Source: Natator depressus (lineage: Eukaryota). Taken from it: DNA of 64,000 nucleotides. The position numbers and the translations under genes were made by a program. Below are positions 58,776 to 64,000 of this stretch, piece after piece. The notes below the pieces were generated by a model, which was given only the letters and a program-made list of their open reading frames with translations, searched no databases and was not told the DNA's origin. The stretch spans positions 39,522,920 to 39,586,919 of the forward strand of contig NC_134234.1 in NCBI RefSeq assembly GCF_965152275.1, in the 5' to 3' direction. How positions within the stretch are numbered: position 1 is the first letter of the stretch; the number at the start of each line of letters is the position of its first letter.

Positions 58776-60949
58776 TGCTTTGTCTCCTCTCCTGGATGAA
58801 TGGAGACTATTTCAGCACATAACTTCCATCCTAATGCTTCAATACTCAAAGAAATCAATGGACATAATGAAAAGTTGGAAGAAGGCTGAAGTAAAGCACC
58901 TACTGTCTAGGTTCCCAGTGCCCAGAGAGGAAAGCCTACCTTGTATCCTTATTGACCCCATAAGATTAGTCTCCACTGGTGGTGGCAACATGATGTCCTG
59001 GTGTCTTAGTGTTGCTCTGCCTCAGCTCTTTACAAAGCCTCCATAAACGTATGCTACTTCCTCCTGCACGTTTCAGCTTCTCTTAGCAAAATGCCAGTAC
59101 GCTGGCATTTGAGGTCTTGTTTGCTTCCCCCCACACCCTGTGGCAGCCAGTTTAACTTGGGAGGGTTCCTCTTTGCTGTCCATGGTTGTCAAGGTTCCTC
59201 CCCCACTCTGAACTCTAGGGTACAGATGTGCGGACCTGCATGAAAACCTCCTAAGCTTACTTCTACCAGCTTAGGTTAAAACTTCCCCAAGGTACAAATT
59301 AATTTTATCCTTTGTCCTTGGAATATCCACTGCCACCACCAAACTCTAACTGGGTTTACTGGGAAATGTAGTTTGGACACGTCTTTCCGCCCAAAATCCT
59401 CCCAACCCTTGCACCCCACTTCCTGGGAAAGGTTTGGTAAAAATCCTCACCAATTTGCATAGGTGACCACAGACCCAAATCCTTGGATCTGAGAACAATG
59501 AAAAAGCATTCAGTTTTCTTACAAGAAGACCTTTAACAGAAATAGAAGTAAATAGAGGTAAAGGAATCACCTCTGTAAAATCAGGATGGTAGATACCTTA
59601 CAGGGTAATTAGATTCAAAACATAGAGAATCCCTCTAGGCAAAACCTTAAGTTACAAAAAAGACACACAGACAGAAATAGTCATTCTATTCAGCACAATT
59701 CTTTTCTCAGCCATTTAAAGAAATCATAATCTAACACGTACCTAGCTAGATTACTTACTAAAGTTCTAAGACTCCATTCCTGGTCTATCCCCGGCAAAAG
59801 CAGCATACCGACAGACACAGACCCTTTGTTTCTCTCCCTCCTCCCAGCTTTTGAAAGTATCTTGTCTCCTCATTGGTCATTTTGGTCAGGTGCCAGCGAG
59901 GTTACCTTTAGCTTCTTAACCCTTTACAGGTGAGAGGATTTTTCTTCTGGCCAGGAGGGATTTTAAAGGGGTTTAACCTTCCCTTTATATTTATGACAAT
60001 GGTGTAATCCTGTTTCCCACATTTAGTGCTTCCTATTGCTATGTCTTGTTGGAAAAGCACTAGCTGCACCTCCTTGCTTCTTACATGGGGCAGGGGTGCA
60101 ATTTTCCACAGGTGCAACCTCTCTATTAATTGGCTCAGGAAGTGGAAACAGAATCTGTGCATTCAGTTTTTTTTTTCCTCCCAGATAATACTGCTGTGGT
60201 GGTTTTGCTGGGAGTCCTTGCAATGGGGTTTTGGACTGGTATTTGAGTGAGGTGCTCAATTATGCTTTAAGGGGGTAATTTGCGAGGGAGGGAACCTGCC
60301 TTCATCTACCTTATGATCTTATTTTTCAAGCAGTAGTTTCCAGAGGCCTCAGCATGTTTAATACTGTTAGAAGTACATGACCCCCAGAAACTTAGTTTAA
60401 TTATTCACTCTTTCTGTAGCTGCTTGCTACATGAGAGGTGTTGGTTTTGCACTAGCTTATATAGCATTGTCTCAGGACAGAAGAGAAGGGGCTCTCCAAA
60501 AGGGAAGTTACTTACCTTTTTGTCACTTGAGTTTTTTGACGTGTGGTCCCTATCTGTCTTCCATTGTAGGTATACATGTGCCTGGAGCCTGCAAACTTTT
60601 GCCAGCTGTATCTGTTGGTCTGTACCTGTGCCCCAGATCTCCTTGTGTTTCAAAACAAGTGTATAAGGGGCAGAAACGATGCCACTAAAGTTTCTTGTAC
60701 CCTGCTAGACTGTGCCCTTACCCCATGTGGAGGAAAAAGCTGTGCCAACTAAAGTAGCATACAACCAGAGATCCACGTCAATTCTCTGAGCATAGTTTGG
60801 CCCCAGACTCATTGGCAGGTAAAACCCCAGTGCTTGTCGCATGTTGAAATAATGTCTCCTCACGACACACTGGGCTTCAGAAAAAATGCAGGTAAATTAA
60901 TCTGACTGGTTTACGTGAAAATCTGAAGCTATTTTACGAGAGAATTTTG

Positions 60950-62880
60950 GGTGTAGTCATAGCAAGACTTTGTTTTTATGGAATAGTGTGTATGGAGGAC
61001 CAGCTGTTAGGGTCCTGAGTTTGCCTACCCTTCTGGCCAAGGTGATGGCAATGAAGAATGCAATCTTTCTTGACAGGAGGGAGAGGGAACATATAGCTAG
61101 CGGTTCAAAGGATGACTTAGTGAGTGCTGTAAGTACTACGGTAAGGTCCCAGTGAAGAGTTGGTTTCTTCACTGGAGGGAAGATTCTACTGGGTGTTTGT
61201 TACTGGGTGAATAAAAATTGAGTACCTATCCGTTGATGGCTGACGTGCTGACAGGTGGACCTACAGGGAGTTCAGGGAGAGAGCTGTTGTTTTAAGCAAA
61301 AGATCATGTAGAATAACACAAATAGCCACTGGTGCTGGAGATGTATGCTTTTGCGGGGTCCAGATACCAGAAACATTTCACTTGGCTAAGTTGCATTTTC
61401 TGGTGGGATCCTTTCTGCTATTAAGGACAATTTATATGGCTTTGGAGAAGGGACATTATGGATGTGATGCCCAGCCAAATACCAAGCAAGAAGATGAACT
61501 GTTGCAGTGTTGGGATGCTGGACCCTGCCACTCTCCTGGGTCAAGAGATTCAGGAAGGACTGAACGTTGATTGGCAGGCAGGATGACATTCATAGAAGAC
61601 TTGGAAAGCAGAACTGCTTGGGCTGACTGGGGGTAATGAGGATGACTCACGCCTTATCCTGTTGAATTGTCTGTAGGATGTGAGGCAGTAGTGCGATGTG
61701 AAGGCATGATTCAAGGCATTAGGAGAACATTGCCTCTGGAGTGCTGCCTTTGAGCTCCCTCGATCAGTAAATGCTGCATTTCCTATTTGATACTTAAGCA
61801 AGTCCAAAGTGTGGCATTCCCCACTCAAAGAAAATGTTACACAATTCAGTAGTGAGCATGTTCCACTCATGAGCGATATTGAAATGTCTGCTGAGGCTGT
61901 CTACCAATAAATCCTATGTTCCTGGAAGGTACTTTACTGATAGGGTGATCTGGTTTCTGATGCACCAGTTTCATAAAGTGACCGCTTCTACATAGAGAGG
62001 AGTAGTTCTTGCTCCTGCTTGCTTAGTTATGTTGCATGATTTGAGTACATGATGAAAGCAGATGAATGGTAGAAAGGCTTTGCAAACTTTCTGGGCTGCC
62101 TGGAGTCCCTGAAGATTGATGTGCATTCTTCTTGGGGTGTCCAAAGTGCCCTGAGCCCTGTGACTGTCCATAATGATCTTCTTGTCAGGTGTGGGGGAGA
62201 GGAATGGAGCACTCATACATACTCTTTCGGTATGTTCCCACTATGGTAGTGAGGACTTGACATTGGAGGAAGTTGTTACTATGGTATTCCTATTGTGTGT
62301 GTTTTGTGTGTATAATGTTCACAGCCAAGCCTTCAGGCGGCAAAGGTGGAATCTGGTGAACAGTGTGATGTAAATGTGTGAAGCCATGTGTCCGAGGAGA
62401 GAGAGGCAAATCCAAACTGACATTCGAGGGTTTCACATAACCTGGTCTATCAGATTGCTGAGGGAGTGGAATCTGATGTTTGAGAGATAAGCCCTTGCCC
62501 AAATTGAATCTATGGTCACTACTATGAATTCTATAGCCTGCGATGGAGTTGAGATAGACTTTTCTAAACTCCCACAGATTAGGAAATATGAGAGCTGAAG
62601 CATCAAGAAAGTTGACATGAGGGCTTCTTTGTGGCAAGAAGCATGAGGTTTTGGGGAAAATACTGGTAAGCAGATGGTTTGATTTTGTGAGAAACTTATT
62701 TTAGGAATGAATTTTGGATGGCGATGAAGAGAGACCTTCTCTTTATGAAAAGTGGTATATAGTTGGATCTGCCACAAGGGTCTGACTTTTCTCTGGGTTT
62801 GGCAGAATTCACACCCTATTACTATTGTCAAAATTTTTGTACAAGATATGCCTTGTATCATTAGAAAACTCATAATTTGC
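60950..62880 (-). mobile_element. Degenerate DIRS-like tyrosine-recombinase remnants (two fragments)
   Basis: ORF 60957..61172(-) ...IAITLARRVGKLRTLTAGPPYTLFHKNKVLL and ORF 62433..62873(-) ...YTTFHKEKVSLHRHPKFIPKISFSQNQTICLPVFSPKPHASCHKEALMS both match the recombinase segment VAITLARCVSKFRALTSEPPYTVFHKDKVQLRPHLAFLPKVVSAFHLNQDIFLPVFYPKPH of the DIRS at 26240-26560. Confidence 0.55.
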
Positions 62881-64000
62881 TGGTCAGTATTGTCCTAATA
62901 AAATGTGTGGCAACACTGTATTTGAAGTTATAAGATTTCCCTGTATGATATTAACACATGTTCCAAACCCCACAGCCCCAGCCACGCAGAAGTCAGGTCT
63001 GTCTTGAAGGAATGTGTGCTTGCCTTAATTTGCATTTAAACAGGAAACAGGGTCATCAAGCAGTGAGGGAAAACAAAGAAAGTTCAAACTGGTGGGGAAA
63101 AAAACCAGCAGGGAATATTCTTCCATGTAGACTTGTCTCCTGGGTCTCAGATGGAAATGTTTCTCCAGAGGGGGACTGAAACTATAAAAAGGAGGTACAA
63201 ACACTCCGAAGAAGCTCATCTCTCTCTCTCTCTCCCTGCCCATCACATTCTCTGCACCTGAGAGGACAAAAGAAAACAGCTGTTGAAAAGTTTGGTCAGT
63301 AATCTGCTGGAGCATGTGGTGAGAGAATTTGCTTTGCAACTGAGAGTTTCTTAAGTAAAGATAAAGATAAAAGGCTTACTAATATCTATTTTTCTTGTAA
63401 CCATTCTGACTTTTATGTCTCATTACTTATACTCACTTAAAATCTCTTTGTAGTTAATAAACTTGTTTTACTCTTTATCTAATCCACTGTGTTGAAGCAT
63501 TTGGATAACTATTTAAGGTAATAAAGTGGCATATTGTGGCATAGGGATTAATATATTTGTACTGTCCAGGAGAGGGCTGGGAGTACAGGACATGCGTTTC
63601 TGGGGGAAAATCTGGGACTGGGGGTGTGTTGGGGTCACCCTGCAGTATAACCAAGGCTGTTGAGAGCCAGGGTGTAGCTGGCAGACTGCAGTTATACAGA
63701 CCCTCAGGGTGTGGCTTGTGGGAGCTACTTCAGCAAGGCATTGTAAGGCATCCAAGGTTGCAGGGCAGGGGTAACAGAGCCTCCCACTACTCTAAATTGT
63801 ACCCCAGTATGTTACAGGCTCCAGCTCATTCACCCTTATGGCTGATGTGATGGTGACTAGGAAGGCAACTTTCATCGAGAGGAGGGACATAGCACATGTG
63901 GCTATTGGTTTGAAGGGAGGTCTTAAATACTGAAATGACAAAATCAAAATTCCCTTGCAGTGTTGGTTTCATCACTAGTGCGAAAGTTCAGATGAGTCTC

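Noticed and set aside
1-64000. Prokaryotic-type content (operons, CRISPR arrays, defence systems) hinted at by the task framing
   Set aside because: The sequence is unmistakably vertebrate: a spliced multi-exon gene with GT/AG introns, a CpG-island promoter, CR1, DIRS and Penelope elements, and SINEs. There are no direct-repeat/spacer arrays or bacterial gene clusters. The undescribed content here is transposon biology, not a prokaryotic system.
55000-64000. Possible neighbouring gene downstream of MPHOSPH8 (in human the tail-to-tail neighbour is PSPC1)
   Set aside because: No minus-strand ORF in this interval resembles the PSPC1 C-terminus or any other recognisable protein. Only repeats and DIRS remnants were seen, so no call is made.

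Overview
This window is vertebrate nuclear DNA. The repeat content (CR1 LINEs, a tRNA-derived SINE with a CR1-type tail, DIRS-like tyrosine-recombinase retrotransposons, Penelope-like elements, hAT-type MITEs) points to a sauropsid genome, most plausibly a turtle. It is not prokaryotic, and there are no operons, CRISPR arrays, rRNA genes or genuine tRNA genes.

One host gene spans almost the whole window on the + strand: MPHOSPH8 (M-phase phosphoprotein 8, MPP8), the chromodomain and ankyrin-repeat subunit of the HUSH silencing complex. I reconstructed 14 coding exons from the ATG at 5214 to the stop codon ending at 54984, about 850 aa. The calls rest on my recollection of the human MPP8 protein, GT/AG splice boundaries and frame continuity across every junction.

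A CpG-island promoter with two inverted CCAAT boxes sits just upstream of exon 1.

The introns are packed with transposable elements:
- A full-length DIRS-like element (21128-27246, + strand) with inverted terminal repeats and an internal complementary region. Its gag, RT, RNase H, methyltransferase-like and tyrosine-recombinase ORFs are frameshifted.
- A second, truncated DIRS copy (36003-39300, +).
- DIRS recombinase remnants near the 3' end of the window (60950-62880, -).
- A nearly intact Penelope-like element (48700-51240, +) with RT and GIY-YIG endonuclease ORFs separated by a single frameshift, plus a hammerhead-ribozyme-like motif in its tail.
- A 5'-truncated CR1 LINE (30898-32788, -) inserted into an older hAT-Tip100-like transposase remnant.
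- A second, degenerate CR1 (34270-35990, -) that itself carries a MITE insertion with perfect TIRs and an 8-bp target-site duplication.
- Three copies of a palindromic, hAT-derived non-autonomous element that carries hAT C-terminal coding fragments in both arms.
- Several other MITE, SINE and tandem-repeat families.

The points I would look at again are the textbook DIRS architecture, the hammerhead-like ribozyme cores in the Penelope-related repeats, the palindromic hAT family, the clear insertion chronology, and a tandemly duplicated 5' splice site at exon 1. It is also ironic that a retrotransposon-silencing gene hosts this many retroelements.
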